DNA from: Vitrella brassicaformis CCMP3155
Lineage: Eukaryota; Protista; Chromerida
Length of the DNA stretch: 64,000 bases
Direction: 5' to 3'
Assembly: GCA_001179505.1 (NCBI GenBank)
Contig: CDMY01001028.1
Coordinates: forward strand, 124,001 to 188,000
This document shows, in pieces, positions 19,374 to 32,287 of this stretch (position 1 is its first letter; each line of letters opens with the position of its first letter). The translations under genes were made by a program, and so were the position numbers. The notes beneath the pieces were generated by a model. That model made no database searches, was not told where the DNA came from, and saw nothing but the letters and a program-made list of their open reading frames with translations.

Positions 19374-19381
19374 TGCGAGCT
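19374..19381 (+). promoter_or_regulatory. TGCGAGCT motif in the AlaRS/lumen-protein divergent spacer
   Basis: Recurrent motif; see finding. Confidence 0.55.
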
Positions 19382-19447
19382 CAAACCAGCGCCACCCCTC
19401 CCCTTTCTCTCCTTCTGACTAAGATCACCCTTGCCAGAGTCACGACG

Positions 19448-20397
19448 ATGCTGACTCTGCGCTTTGTTGCTGTCTTTCTCCCTTTCTTCAGTCTGCTCAA
19501 TGAAGCCATGGCATTTCACCCATCTCACATGCCTTCTTCCCCCGGTGTGAGCATCTCACCAGGGCAGCATCCTGCCCGCCGTCCGCAGCTTTCGTCAACG
19601 ACGCGCCTCTCAGCACTGATCAGGAGGCGAGACGACGATCAAGCAGAAGCGGTATTGGACCGACGCTCGGCGCTTGTGACGGCTCAGGTGGGTCTTGCGG
19701 CGCTTGTGCTTCCCCTCTTGAGCATTGGTGGCCCGGCACTGGCCGTCACACGCTCTGCCCTGGCTGGCGATGTGCCACGAGGAGGTGAGGGAAGGGAAGC
19801 GCACTTACTCGTTGAACTTGTCACATTAGCGTTCCTTGCTCTCTGTCTTGTTCTGTGTATACAGCCCCAGCGCTAGAGTACATAGCGCGGATTCAGAATG
19901 GGTATCTTGCGCTCAAGGAGCTGTTGGACAAGTGGGGCACTGTGGCGGCTAAGGGCGACGGCGATGCGGTGCGGCGCTACCTCGGCACGGTCGGTACCTA
20001 CTCTCCTCTCTTTCAAATCAACAGGGTCAGTCGATGGATGGACGAGAGCGTGGATGGATAAGCACAGGCACAGCACCCCCACACTGACATGCAACTCGTG
20101 TCCTTTCTGTCCGGCACTTGCCTGCAGGCGTTCGAGGGCGTTCTCCAAGCTCTGTCAAAGGGCGATGACAGCCTTGGTGACGTGGACGTGCTCGAATACG
20201 GCGAGAGCTACAACCTCGTGCTTGAAGGCCTCCGGCAGACCGACTATCTGGCGTACAGCAACAACTTTGCAATGGCCGTGGGGGACACCAAGGATTATCT
20301 TGAGGAGAGCCGACTGCAAGCCGAAAGGACATTGCGGCAGTATCGCGAAGTGCTGCGGATACTAAACGTGCCGGTTCCCACGGCTGTGGTCAAATGA
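19448..20397 (+). CDS. Putative thylakoid-lumen protein with tripartite leader (ER signal, transit peptide, twin-arginine signal); family unidentified
   Basis: Three exons (19448-19784, 19865-20025, 20128-20397), in phase. Signal MLTLRFVAVFLPFFSLLNEAMA followed by F, an S/P/R-rich transit region, then DRRSAL...hydrophobic...PALA. Mature part contains GDGDAVRRYLGTVGTYSPLF. Confidence 0.75.
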
Positions 20398-20629
20398 AAG
20401 TCCGGTGGTCTGACTCGCTACCTAACTGTGTGTGTCGTTGCCATAATATGTTGTATGAGTGGTGGCTTCCGTCTGGGTGCTTTGTGGTGTGCGAAGCACG
20501 GGTGTGTCGATCTGGCGGTGCGTGTTGAGTGCGTGTACAGTTTTGCGTGATGCTTGTGTGTATTGATGTGAAGCGATTCAACAGCTGGGTCGTGGCCAGC
20601 AACGTCCAGGCCAGCCGTTGTAATTGATT

Positions 20630-20640
20630 TGCTAGCTTAG
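20630..20640 (+). promoter_or_regulatory. TGCTAGCTTAG, a one-mismatch variant upstream of the K+ channel ATG
   Basis: One mismatch to TGCGAGCTTAG, ending 32 nt before ATG 20673. Confidence 0.35.
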
Positions 20641-20672
20641 CAGTGAGACTCCCCATTCCCCTCTCTTTCCCG

Positions 20673-23600
20673 ATGGCTCAAGCAGCCATTGGTGCGATGC
20701 TCCGTCGAGGACCAGACCAATTCCACGGCATCCAGCCGCCACCCCCAACTCAAGCAGAGATGGCGCGCGGTGAAGCGTTCTTCGTCGCTGAAGCTTCGGA
20801 ACTGCCGGGCGTCCCTGAGCGGCCAGGCCCCCCTGACACTCAGCCACAGCCGCTGCCTCTGCGCGCCACTCTGACGTCGCCCGCCATGACGACCACCCTC
20901 TCTGCAGCAGAGGGGGCCGATACCGAAGTCGCAGGTCCAGGCGCCAAGCGGCGAAGCGCGAGTGTGGCGATGGCCGTTGAGGCCATGACCGACTGGATGA
21001 GACGGAGGTTCAGCGTGTCTCCTAAGGCTGCTGCGCTGGTGTTTCGGGAGAGGACGACCAGCATGAGAAAGGGCGGCGAGAGAAAGAGCCAGGGCGGGGA
21101 CAGGCCGACGCTGATGCGAGAGAAGAGGGACGACACGTCCCTGTGGCGGGAGTATCTGCAGCGGGCGGACTGTGTGTTGGATCCCATGGGTCCGCTTATG
21201 CGGGTGTGGGACGCCGTCATTGTGGTTGTGTTGATATGGACGGCCGTTGTCACGCCATACGAGGCAAGCAATTAATGCGACAGAGAGACACGTCGGTGTG
21301 ATTGGTGTCTTTGTTGGTGTGTCCTGTCCTGCAGGTGGCGTTCCTTGAGACCAAGTGGGATTGGCTGTTTGTGGTAAATCGGCTGATCGATCTCTTGTTC
21401 CTTGTCGATATGATCTTCAACATGTTCTTCGTCATGTACCTCAAACAAGACTCAAAGACTGGTGCCAGATGGTGAGTGAGCAGCAACGAAATGGATCACA
21501 CACCACACATGGATTAAGGGATGGGTGTGCAATTAGGGTCAAGGACCGTCGGATGATAATGCGTCACTACCTCAAGGGGTGGTTCGCCATTGACCTGCTG
21601 TCCATCCTGCCATTCGACGTGCTGGGGCTGCTCTACGAGTCGAAAACCATTCAGCGACTCAAAATCGTCAGGGCTTTGCGACTGCTCAGACTGCTCAAAC
21701 TCGGTAGGATGAAGGCGACACAAATGTCTCGTTTATTCATCGTTTCACGTGTGTCATGCATGTGTCAGCGCGTGTGTTGAGCACCAGCCGTGTGTTCAAG
21801 CAGATGGAGACGTCCGTCAGCTGGCCCTACGGCAAAATAGCACTTGTTAAGTTCGCCGTGTTGATCGTCGTCGCTGGCCACTGGATGGGTATGGCTTCCG
21901 GCCATCAAAGGATAAATGAACACATCTACTCCACCATGTCTCGCTGCCCGTCTGTTTGCCTCTGTCTGACTAGCGTGTTGCTGGGGCCTGGTCGGCCGCA
22001 TGGAGGAGTCGATTGCGAAAGAAAGCGGCCCTCTCCCCCCTGGCGCCGACCTTGAGGCGGCCCGAAACTGGCTGGAGTATGTGCAGATGGACAAGGGCGG
22101 GCCGGAAAGCGACGACCATTTCGGCATCTATGCTGGTGAGTCGAGTCGACCGGGGTGACTGCGTCCGTCATCCAATAGTATGTTCGTCTGTGTGTCCTCA
22201 GTGAGTATTTATTGGGCAGTGATGACGTTGACGTCGATTGGCTATGGCGACATCCACGCGCAGAACACGACCGAGTACCTCATATCGACCGCGCTCATGG
22301 TCATCGGGGCGTGCATATGGGCGTTCATCATCGGTACGGCGCGCCGTGCCGTCTGTGTACTTCCTCCTTATTTGTGTGTTGCTCTCTTTCTGTTGCCGTG
22401 TTGCCGTGTGGTTGTGTAGGTACTGCGTGTGGTATCTTGTCTCAGCTGGATGTGTATGCCACCAGCTTCAACCAAACCATGGACGAGCTCAACTTCATGC
22501 TGCACGACAGATGTACGGCCGTGCCGCACCACACACACCGCATATTTATGGATCAGACGCATTCCTCCCTCCCTCCCTGTCTGTCTGTCTGTCTGTTTCT
22601 GTGGATACTTACATACAGCGATCAAGGGCGATTTGCGTCGCCGTCTGCGTCTCTTCTTCCACCAGTCGCGGAGCCTACAGCGCCTGATTTTCTACAACAG
22701 ACTCGAAGCACAAATGTCCCCGGGACTGCAGGCAGGCAATGTGCCCATACATACAATGGTAGCCTGGTGATGTCTATATACACATTTGCAGGGTGAGATG
22801 GCTCTGGCGACCAACGAGCGGTGGATATCCCGGGTCCGGTGGCTGCGTCGCACCAGTGTGGCCTTCAACATCGAGTTGGCTCAGAGCCTCATTCCGGCAG
22901 CTTATGAGCAGAAGGAGATCATCCAGCTGCCGTGCACTATGTGCTTTCTCGTCAAGGGCGTGGCCATCCGCGGCGACAAGCTCGTGATGAAAGGCAGCAT
23001 CTGGGGGGAAGACATGATTCTCGGTCAGCCGGTCGGGCCACAATTACATCTTCATGTGGACGTCTGCAAGCAATTCCCTTGTTGCGTGCGTGCAGATTCC
23101 TGGAAGTTGATAGAGCATGATCCGGCGGTGTCGCTGACGTATTGCGAGATCCTCTACGTCACGAGGTCCAAGCTGGACGAGCTCAAACTGAGGTGCCCAT
23201 GCGACCAATGCAGAGGGTATTCCCTGCGTGCATCTTCATATGGTGCAGACACCCAGGTGATGCGGCCATTATCCGTGAGCACCAGGTGCGGTTGGCGGTG
23301 CGGCGGGCCTTCCTGCTCTTCGCCCGAATGAGGAGGACGCAGCCCAAGCCTACCGACTTCTTGTCGAAACTCACACACAAACTCTCTGAGGTACGCGAGA
23401 GACACATGCACACACACACGCACGTGCCTCCCTGCCTGTGTGTGTCTGTGTGTATCTGTTCCATTAGATGATGAACGCCGAGAATGAGGACATGTGCGTG
23501 AGCCGAGCCGGCCATTCGACCTGCCTGTGTGGCTGTATGCCTCCGTCTCTCTCTCTTTCCTCCCTCTGTGTGTTCTGCAGGATGGTGCAGACGACAGACC

Positions 23601-24052
23601 GGATGTCGGCGCAGTGGGGCATGTTCAGCCAGCCACTCATCCTCTACGAAATCACACAGAAACTAAACACATTGGACAGAAGAATCAACGACATCGCCAC
23701 GTACTAGTCATACACATGTCTCTCTCTCTCCATGCATATTGCTCTCGTGTACGTGTGTCTCATTGATTCGATCAGCGGCCGACCGCCGTCGGCAATAACG
23801 CCCGGTACACCAGCCATGCCGGCCATACCCGCAGCCGCCGGCGGGCCCTCCCCGTCCCCGCAGCAGCTGTTGCAGGCCATCGAGTCGCTACGCCATGTGC
23901 TGTTGGAGCACTGCGCGGCCATGGGCAGGCAAGGTGAGGCAGCGGGGAGGGTCCCGGTAGGTGAGGGGCGGCAGACGGAGAGTCCCATGATGGACCCCGA
24001 ACGAGTGGATGAGGCCACTGGGCCGCAGCCCAACAGCGGCCGGCCTGACTGA
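20673..24052 (+). CDS. 6-TM voltage-gated K+ channel with C-linker and cyclic-nucleotide-binding homology domain (KCNH/HCN-like)
   Basis: S1 WTAVVTPYEVAFL, S4 IVRALRLLRLLKL, pore SIYWAVMTLTSIGYGD, C-linker NQTMDELNFM...MSPGLQGEMAL, CNBHD WGEDMIL...SLTYCE. About 14 exons assemble in frame. Confidence 0.9.
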
Positions 24053-24537
24053 GTGGGTGAGGTTCACCCGATCGCGATATATCGATGCGTCTTGATCCAT
24101 AGTCATTGAGACGTTTTCTTCTTTTCATGGATTCGTTTTGCTTACATGGGGTGGAAGGCGTTCTATGCATATATCGATCACATTTGTGAGCCAGTCAGAT
24201 ACATGCATTTGTCAGCTCTCTGTGTGTGTGTGTGTGCTCTCGTCTGACCACTTTCCGCGCGCACGCATGTATAAAACAGACACACATGCATTATCGCTGC
24301 ATGGATGCACGCATGGCATGCACTGCACCAAAAACTCCCAGCAAAATACCAATGGTCCTTTGTTCCTTCCCTCATTCATGTGTCAGATACAGGCCGCCAC
24401 TCCTTGGTGCTTCATGCTTTTACTTCGACGCTCTCTTTGGCCTTGGCATTCGCTCCATTGCCCTCGAAAATTGTCACCTATTGCGGGAATGGCACGCGAG
24501 TCAACAACACACACGACGGCAGTGTTGAGGCGTTCCC

Positions 24538-27500
24538 TTATTGCAATTCTTGCTGAATCGTCACCTTGGCAGTGGACCCTTCCACCTTCTCATAAGGCTC
24601 TGCCTTGCCGTCTAGGTATCGTGCCAAAAACTGCTCGGCCAGCGCGTAGAAGTCCAGGCGATTTTGTGGTCGTGCGAAGCCGTGGCCCTCGTCGGGAAAG
24701 ACGACATACTCTACGGGGACATTGTGGCCCTTGAGCACCTGACACAACAGGCAGAATGACCCAGTGCATCTGCTGTGTGACCGTGTGTGTCTTCCGTACA
24801 TCGACAATGATATCGCTCTGCTTGAGGGGGACACGGGGATCATTGGCGCCTTGGCCGATCATCAGAGGCACCTGACACAGACACACACAGAGAAAGCAAG
24901 AGAATGCATGATGCATGTCATGAATGCATATGGCCACCGTCCGTGTGTGTGCAGACATTGACTGGCTGCCCGACCTTGATCTTGTCGACGTGGTAGTACG
25001 GGCTGATCTTTTTGTTAAACTCCTCGTTGTTCTCCACATCGCCCACACGCTTCGTAAACATCATCTTCATCGGTTTCTGCACCGACAATCACACACACGC
25101 ACAAAGGGCAGGTACCGGATACAGAAATGTGCACGGATGCACGCATCTGTGTCGCCAACACTGACCCAGTAAGGCGGGATGCTCTCGATCAGTTTCTTGA
25201 CCTCAGACACTCCGACTATGTCCACACCACAGCGATATAGGTCCGGTGTGAAGGTCAGTCCGGCCAATACCGCATAGCCGCCATAGGAGCCACCGAAAAT
25301 GGCAACACGGTCGGGATCAGCCACCTTAACACATCCATTCATATTACGGCATGGTGGGAGATGCTCATCTGCCATTGTCAATGCGGTTGTGGTGTGGGAC
25401 CTACCTTTCTGTCGTCAATAGCCCATTTGACGGCGTCCGTCAGGTCGTCCTGCATCTGTGCGCCCCACTTTTCGTCTCCAGCGTTGACGAAGTTCTTGCC
25501 AAAGCCGGTGCTGCCACGCTGCAGGTATTCGAGTGAGCGACACACACACATTTGCACATCCGTGCAGGCAGGAATGGCGCACCGAGTGAGTGGTGGGCAT
25601 GCAGGCCAGGCCTTACGTAGTTGACTTGCAGGCAGGCGTACCCTCTCGTGGCGAACCACTGGGCCTGCAACAAAGCGCGTATCCATCCAGCCATCAATAG
25701 CATTTCAGCCCTCCAGCATTGATCCTCCCTCCTCACCTGTGGCTGATAGCCCCAGTAGTCCCTCGCCCACGGGCCCCCATGCACCAGGAGCACCAGCGGC
25801 ACGCGCCCGCCAACCTCATGGCCGGGCGGCAGGGTCAGGTAAGACACCATATCCAGCCCGTCCCTCGTCTTGATGATGACAGGTTCCATCTTCGCCAGCT
25901 GCCAGTCGTTTAGCTCAGGCTGGTTCTCGAAGAGGTAGGTGAATGTCTTGATGGTGCGGTCGAACAGGTGATACGCCACTGGGCCATCGTCACACGTATA
26001 AGCGACGACCCACTTGGTCTTCTGAACGTACCAAGCAGGACGAAACACATCATACACGTACGCAAATTGTTGGTCTCTATGTGATTTCCCTGGAACTCAC
26101 CGAGTGGTCTTCTGATACGACAGATGCCTCTGCGTCAGGCAAGTGTGCCTCCACCAGCTTGTAGTCGCTCTCCTCTTCCTTATCAAAGAAATGCATCTTA
26201 CGCCTGCGAACAGGACACGTACCACATGAGGCGCCTTGTGTGCCGATCGATCTCCGTCTGTCTGCCGTGTACGCGCACCTGTCATATACGTACGAGAGTC
26301 GCGTCACCTCTCGTGTGTCCTCATCGACATTGACCGCTCCCACATCAGCTTTGTCGTTGGAAAAAATCTCCCGCCGCGTCTCGCCCGTGCTGGCATCAAG
26401 CTCGATCAGGGCCTCCGTGTCACGACCGAGCGAAGAAGTGGTGTACAGCCCACTGCCGTCCTTAGTGAACTCCATAGGACGGACTGAGTCGTCCAGGCTC
26501 CATGTGAGGATGGTCTTCCACTCGCCTCCTTCTTTCTCCCGCACACGGAGGAACTGATCTCCGGTAGAGGGGTCCGTTGCCAGACAGCCTCTGATCTTGA
26601 AATTGTCGTCCGTCAGCCATTGGAGCACGTCACCTGCATGACGCATACACACATGCAGGCAGCCATGGGTGGGCCTGTGGGTTGTGGCGTGATGTTTTCT
26701 AGTCTCACACACCGGGATTCTTGGTGTCGAGTTTGATGTCGCCCGTTCCGATGTGCACGCGATACATATCGAACACCTGCCCACACGCCCACAGAGTGTT
26801 ATCATGGACAGTGCTCTCCGTATGTGCATCCATGTCCGTTGATGAGCATGCATACCGTCCTGTCCTCGATATTAAGTCCGATGAGGATCTCCTCCCTGTG
26901 GTGCTTGTCGGTAAAGAGCCCCTCCGCCTTGACGCCCTCGAAGGGAGTCAAGTCACGGTCCTGCACCTCCTTGCTCGTCACTGACGCCGCACGCACATGG
27001 AAATTCTCATCTGCACAAAGGGAGATAGACACTCATGGGAACACCCTCTATGCGTTTTTTTGTCGCTGCACTCACTGCATTCGCTCACCGCCGCCCTTGT
27101 CTTGAATATAGAGAACCTCCTCACTGTTCTCCGCCCATCTGAACTGCCTGATGCCCCTCACAGTGTCGGCCGTCACCTGACGATCCTTGTCGTCCCCACT
27201 AATGTCCCTCACGAACACGTTGAGCAGTCCCTCGGCTGACTCAGCGAGGTACGCCAGCCTCTTCCCGTCTGGACTGATGCGTGGCTGTGTCTTGACCGGA
27301 TTGCCAAACAGAATCCGTCGTGGCACGAGTCCGTTCTTCTTCTGTGCCGCAGCTGTGGATCCGCCAGCCATGGTAAGGAGTCCGCGGCTGCGGCAGGATC
27401 CCCCGGCCAGTGACGAAGAGAGAGTTGCGAATCCGCTGGGATGATTGGGGTTGGGGGGTCGGACGGCCTCAGCAAACGGCAGCAGTGATGCCCTGACAGA

Positions 27501-27661
27501 CAGACAGACAGACAGGCAGACAGGCAGAAGCGTGTGACGTGTTGCATTCACCCTGTACTGCAGAAGCGAGTGCAGAAGTGAGTGTTTGTGTGTGCGTGTC
27601 CATACCTGTAGGCCAGGCCGAGGGGAAACAGCGATGTGGTCAGGCGCCAAAATGATGACAT
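24538..27661 (-). CDS. S9 family serine peptidase (acylaminoacyl/dipeptidyl aminopeptidase, bacterial-type) with about 59-aa N-terminal leader
   Basis: Propeller start [11 protein letters not shown]...[11 protein letters not shown]; [11 protein letters not shown]; catalytic [21 protein letters not shown]. Leader exon ATG 27661 splices in phase (intron 27605-27493) to the frame containing ATG 27371. Confidence 0.93.
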
Positions 27662-27743
27662 CCGTCCGCGACAGGTTTTATGATGAATCAATACCCCCGA
27701 CAAGACGCTGGCTCGGCTCCGCACTACGAGATCCGTCACGATC

Positions 27744-27761
27744 CGAGCTTCTAAGCTCGCT
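27744..27761 (-). promoter_or_regulatory. AGCGAGCTTAG motif within the inverted repeat CGAGCTT-CT-AAGCTCG in the S9/LRR spacer
   Basis: Minus-strand copy at 27751-27761 with a partial plus-strand copy at 27744-27750. Confidence 0.55.
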
Positions 27762-27866
27762 TCTGCTTCCTTCTCCCTTCCCTCCCCTCCCTTTTCCCTC
27801 CTCCCTTTTCCCCCGCGCAGACAGCTATATTTTCAGCCGCAGTCAGTGCAGATTCATGAAAATCTG

Positions 27867-30800
27867 ATGGCCGACACCGCCGTCGCCCAACACAGGGGGT
27901 GGGACGAGTTCCAGCGGCACAGACACCATTTGCACCCGCCGCCCGTGTGGGATGAAGACCAAGTAAGGAGGGAGACGGCCAACAAGGCACCCGACCAATT
28001 CGCACGCAAGAAATGGACCTTTTTCTTCAAGGTTTGGCGCCGATTGACTCACTGCACTACACCTATCCTCGTCTGTTTTCTGTCTGTGTGGGCCAGTACG
28101 CCCAGGTGGCGCGTCATGGGCGGCCCGAGGCCACAGTGCTTCCATCCATTGAGGCTCAGGACAAGAGGTCATCGTACGTGTCGACGGGGAGTCTGCTGCT
28201 CGAGCATTCGGCGACGGCGACGCTCGACAGTGACGCACAGCCCTTGCCGCCGCCCGAGGACGTGTCGCAGACACAGGAGGGGGTCGACAGATACTATGCG
28301 GCCTGTGAAGGCAAGCGACTGGCATGGATGAATCAAAGGTTGGTGTAGCTAGGCCATCTGTGTGTGCAACGTGCTGCAGATCTGAATCTGCTCCCCACAG
28401 CAACTGGTTTGGTGCGGCGGCATGACTATGAGGTCAACCTGAGGGGCCAGAGCCTGGGAGACTCATACGCTACTGCACTGGCAAAATGGTGGGCAAAGAC
28501 ACCGGCAAGGAGCCAGAGATGATTGTGTCATGTCTCTGTCAGCGACACGTTCCCTCCCGGCCTGCAGAGCATCAACTTGAGGGGCAACCGACTGACCGAC
28601 AGGGGTGCGGCGACGCTTGGGGCCACCCTGCCGTCGAGTCTGGAGCGGCTGGACCTCAGTGACAACCACATCGGAGCGGAGGGGGTGACACACATAGGGA
28701 GGAAGCTCGCACACATGAAGACCCTGCAGGTGCTCAGGTTCGCCGGTAAGTAAGCCTGGCTGTCAGTGCAGAGAGTGAAGTGCATCAAGCACAGAGCTAG
28801 TTGTTTGTGTGTCAACTTCCTTCCTCCGCCTCTCCAGACAACAAGCTTGGTGACTTGGCAGTGGACATGCTGTGCACAGCAATCAGCAACTGTCAAAAGC
28901 TGCGAGAACTCGACCTGGTATGTAAGTGGGTGCACGATCGACGGAAAGCATAGCGTCTCACTGTAGTGTGCTGGTGTGTGTAGAGCTGCAATGGCTTCAA
29001 AGAGACCGGGGCCAAGGCAGTGGCGATGCTCGTGGCTGACCATGAAGTCCTCGCCAAGCTGGACCTGCACTGGAACGAAATCTCGGGGGCCGGCGGACTC
29101 GCATTGGCCAATGGTGGGGGTGGCTCAGCCATACCTACGGGCACACTCATGCTTTGCTGTCTTTCCTGGTGACTGGCTGTCAGCATTGATGGAGAACGCA
29201 GCTTCGAACGGCCGCCTACGTGACGTCAATCTGGCGTGGAACAATCTAGGCAGCGGCAACGCCGTCCCCACGTGTGAGGCCTTCGCACGCATCTTCAGCG
29301 AGAGATCCACCCTTCGGCACCTCGACATATCCTACAACAAGCTCGACGCCAAGTGCTGCAGCATACTCGCAGAAGGTGCGTGAGCTGGTCCATGTGGAAG
29401 CGTTGTGTGTCCACATAGAGATGTCTGTCTGTGCAGGGCTGCAGGGTAACCACTCGCTGTTTGATCTTCATGTGGCCGGCAACGCTGCATATGTCGACGC
29501 GATCGGGTGGGCAAGGCAACACACGTACATGTACATGTATTCCTTTGCCTCTGTCTCTCGTGGCATTCGTTCATCCATCTATCCTTTCCAGCTTTCTGGT
29601 GCCAGTCGAGTCTGCCGACGGTGCACACACACACACACACACACACACATTGCTCGGTGTCCTTCCTGCATCCATCACGTATACGCGCCTGCAGACATGC
29701 CATTGCAGCGTTGCACGTCCATCAGCGGCGGTGCCGACGAGAACTGCTGGGTATCCGTCAGGTGGACCGAGCAACTGTTCGAGTACACCGCCATGTGCAG
29801 CGGGCCTGCGCCAGCCAAGGCACATGACGTGTGGCTGCTGACGTCGTTCGACCACTACAAACCCATTCGAATGATGACTCTGGCAGATGACAACAGCGAA
29901 GACAAAAGGTGATGGACACGGATAACCAGGTGTTCGTGACCGTCTGTTTGTCGCGTGTCTCTGTCTCATCAGGTACGTCATTTGCCGGGCCGTCCCGCCC
30001 GGACGCTACCAGTATTTCTTCCAGGTCGATGATGAGGCCGTCGCAGCCATCGACAACCCTGTGGTGCGAACACACGCACGCACACACATACACACACAAA
30101 CAAACACTCGTAGGCTGGTACCGTCCTCTCTCTCTCCTTTTGTGTCCTTTGCGCTTGTGAAGATTGAGTTGGACGAGCCCGTGTCAGTGACGCTGGAGCC
30201 GATTGAGGAGGGAGAGCCGCCAAAGAAGACGCACACCAAAACTGTACACACGCAAAGAGACACAAACAGAGAGACACAGAGATACTTCGTCACTTGCAGG
30301 TGAATGTCGGGGTAGCCCCGCTGCGTCCAAAGGGCGTGGACATAGGTGAGAATGTGCAGCCCCGCAAGCTCGACACGCCGATTAGCGTGGCTGAGGTGCA
30401 GCAGCTGCGGCCGCGCGTGCCGTCTCTGTTCGCCTCGTATCGGCTGGACACCAATGACCTGCTCAACAAGTGCTTCGAAGAGGACTGGAGGCGATCCAAA
30501 CTCAACAAATACGGTGGATACGATACGCCACGCCGTGCCTGTCGTTTGTGGATTGGCTGAGCTGGATGGGTGTATACGGGGTGGGTGCTTTGCAGTGAAG
30601 GATGTGGATACGCGTCAGCGTCTGAAAGAGATCCTGAGGCCACATTACAACTCGCTCAGGCTCATCTACAAGTCAGTGAGACACGCAGACAAGCAGAAGG
30701 GAACCACACATCATGATGCTGTGTATCATTACACACGTACTATCAGGCACTTTGCTGCTTTGGAGAAGGCTGACACAGCCATTCCCGCCCTGGCACTTAA

Positions 30801-32287
30801 CGACTTCACGGAGATCCTCGAAACATTCGGTCAGTGCCCCGCTGTGCAAAATGAATGCACGACACCACACAGCCTCGTTGCTTGGGTCTGCAGACATCAT
30901 CGACGACCGTACTTGCAAGCTGAAAGTGAGAAACAAGAGACATGACATCTCATCAACGGAGCCTCTCGTATGCTTGCGTGTGTGTCTTTTCCATCTATGC
31001 AGGATGGTGATATGGTTTTTATAGCCGCGAATGTGCTGGACAAAGGCGACGGGCACGGCGACATGACGAGGCCGGATCACACCCACATAATACACGTCAA
31101 GAATCCTTTGATTGTCGACAACTCGCTCATGCGCTTCCAGTGGCTAGAGGCTATCGTCAGGCTGGCCGACCAGAAATACAAGAAAAGTAACGGCAGCGTA
31201 GCGGTGTGCATACTGACAAATGCAAGAGGTTTCTGTGTCCAGGTGGTGATGCCGAGACGCTCGGCGAGGCGATGGAGATCCTCCTGGTGTGGTCAAAGAG
31301 AGAGAAGGGACGGAAATGGCTGTCTGTGCGCATGCATGAACGCACCATGTGTGCAGGAGAGTCACATATTGCCTTACGAGAAGGACTACCGCAAACCCAT
31401 CGACTGGCGAACGGAAGGTAGTGAGCACACCTCAAATCGCTGCCAGTCTCTCTGTTTTCCACCTGCTTGCCTGCCTGCCTGTCAGAGCTGTTTACCGAGG
31501 CTGTTCAGCAGGTGTATTCGCGACACATGAAGACCATCAGAGCAGCATTCGACGACTACGCCATGTAATGAATATTTGGGCGCCAAACAACACAATTCGC
31601 ATACGTACTTTCTCTCTTGTCTGTCTGTCTGTGTGTCTGTCTGTCTGTCTGTTTGTCAGGCGTGATGCGGGGTCTGGTTTGCCGCCATACATTTGCCTGC
31701 CTGAGTTCAACGCCTTCTGCGAAGCCGCCAGTAACTACGGGCGGGCCCGCGCATTATACGCATACGCACTTGCAATGTCTCATTCCTGTTTGTTGACTTC
31801 TCAGATGCACTGGACGGCCGCTTCACTGCTCGTGAGGTGTCTCTAGCATTTACCCTCGCAATGATGACACAGGTAAGCAACTTAGACCAAGCTGGTCGAT
31901 GCGGCAGAGGGATGTGCGCATGTGCCCGTAGGTGAATGAGACCGATAAGCGGCGTCACCTGGAGATGTCCTTCGTGGAGTTTCTGGAGGCGGTGGGGCGG
32001 ATCGTGTACATGAGGGAGGGATATGACAGCGCACAATTGCCTGCACTACTGGTCAGTCAGCTACACCCTCTGAACGAGTGGCCGCTGCACATGTACGTCC
32101 GATTTCCTTTTTGCAGGATTCATTCCTGGCCAATAATGTAGCGACGAGGGTGCCGCCAGCCAAGCCAGCTGAGGGTGACGAGGAAGAGGAGGGCCAGGCG
32201 AACGATCCTGCTGAAGAGACGGACACTGACAGCCCCCAAGCTGCTGCTCCGGCTGCTGAGGGAGAGGCCGATACACCCCATGAATGA
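27867..32287 (+). CDS. RNI-like leucine-rich-repeat protein with a CBM48/AMPK-beta-like module and a conserved helical C-terminal domain
   Basis: LRRs such as LQSINLRGNRLTDRG, LERLDLSDNHIGAEG, LAKLDLHWNEISGAG; then VWLLTSFDHYKP...RAVPPGRYQYFFQVDDE; C-terminal MRFQWLEAIVRLA and RHLEMSFVEFLEAVGR. About 20 exons in phase. Confidence 0.8.
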
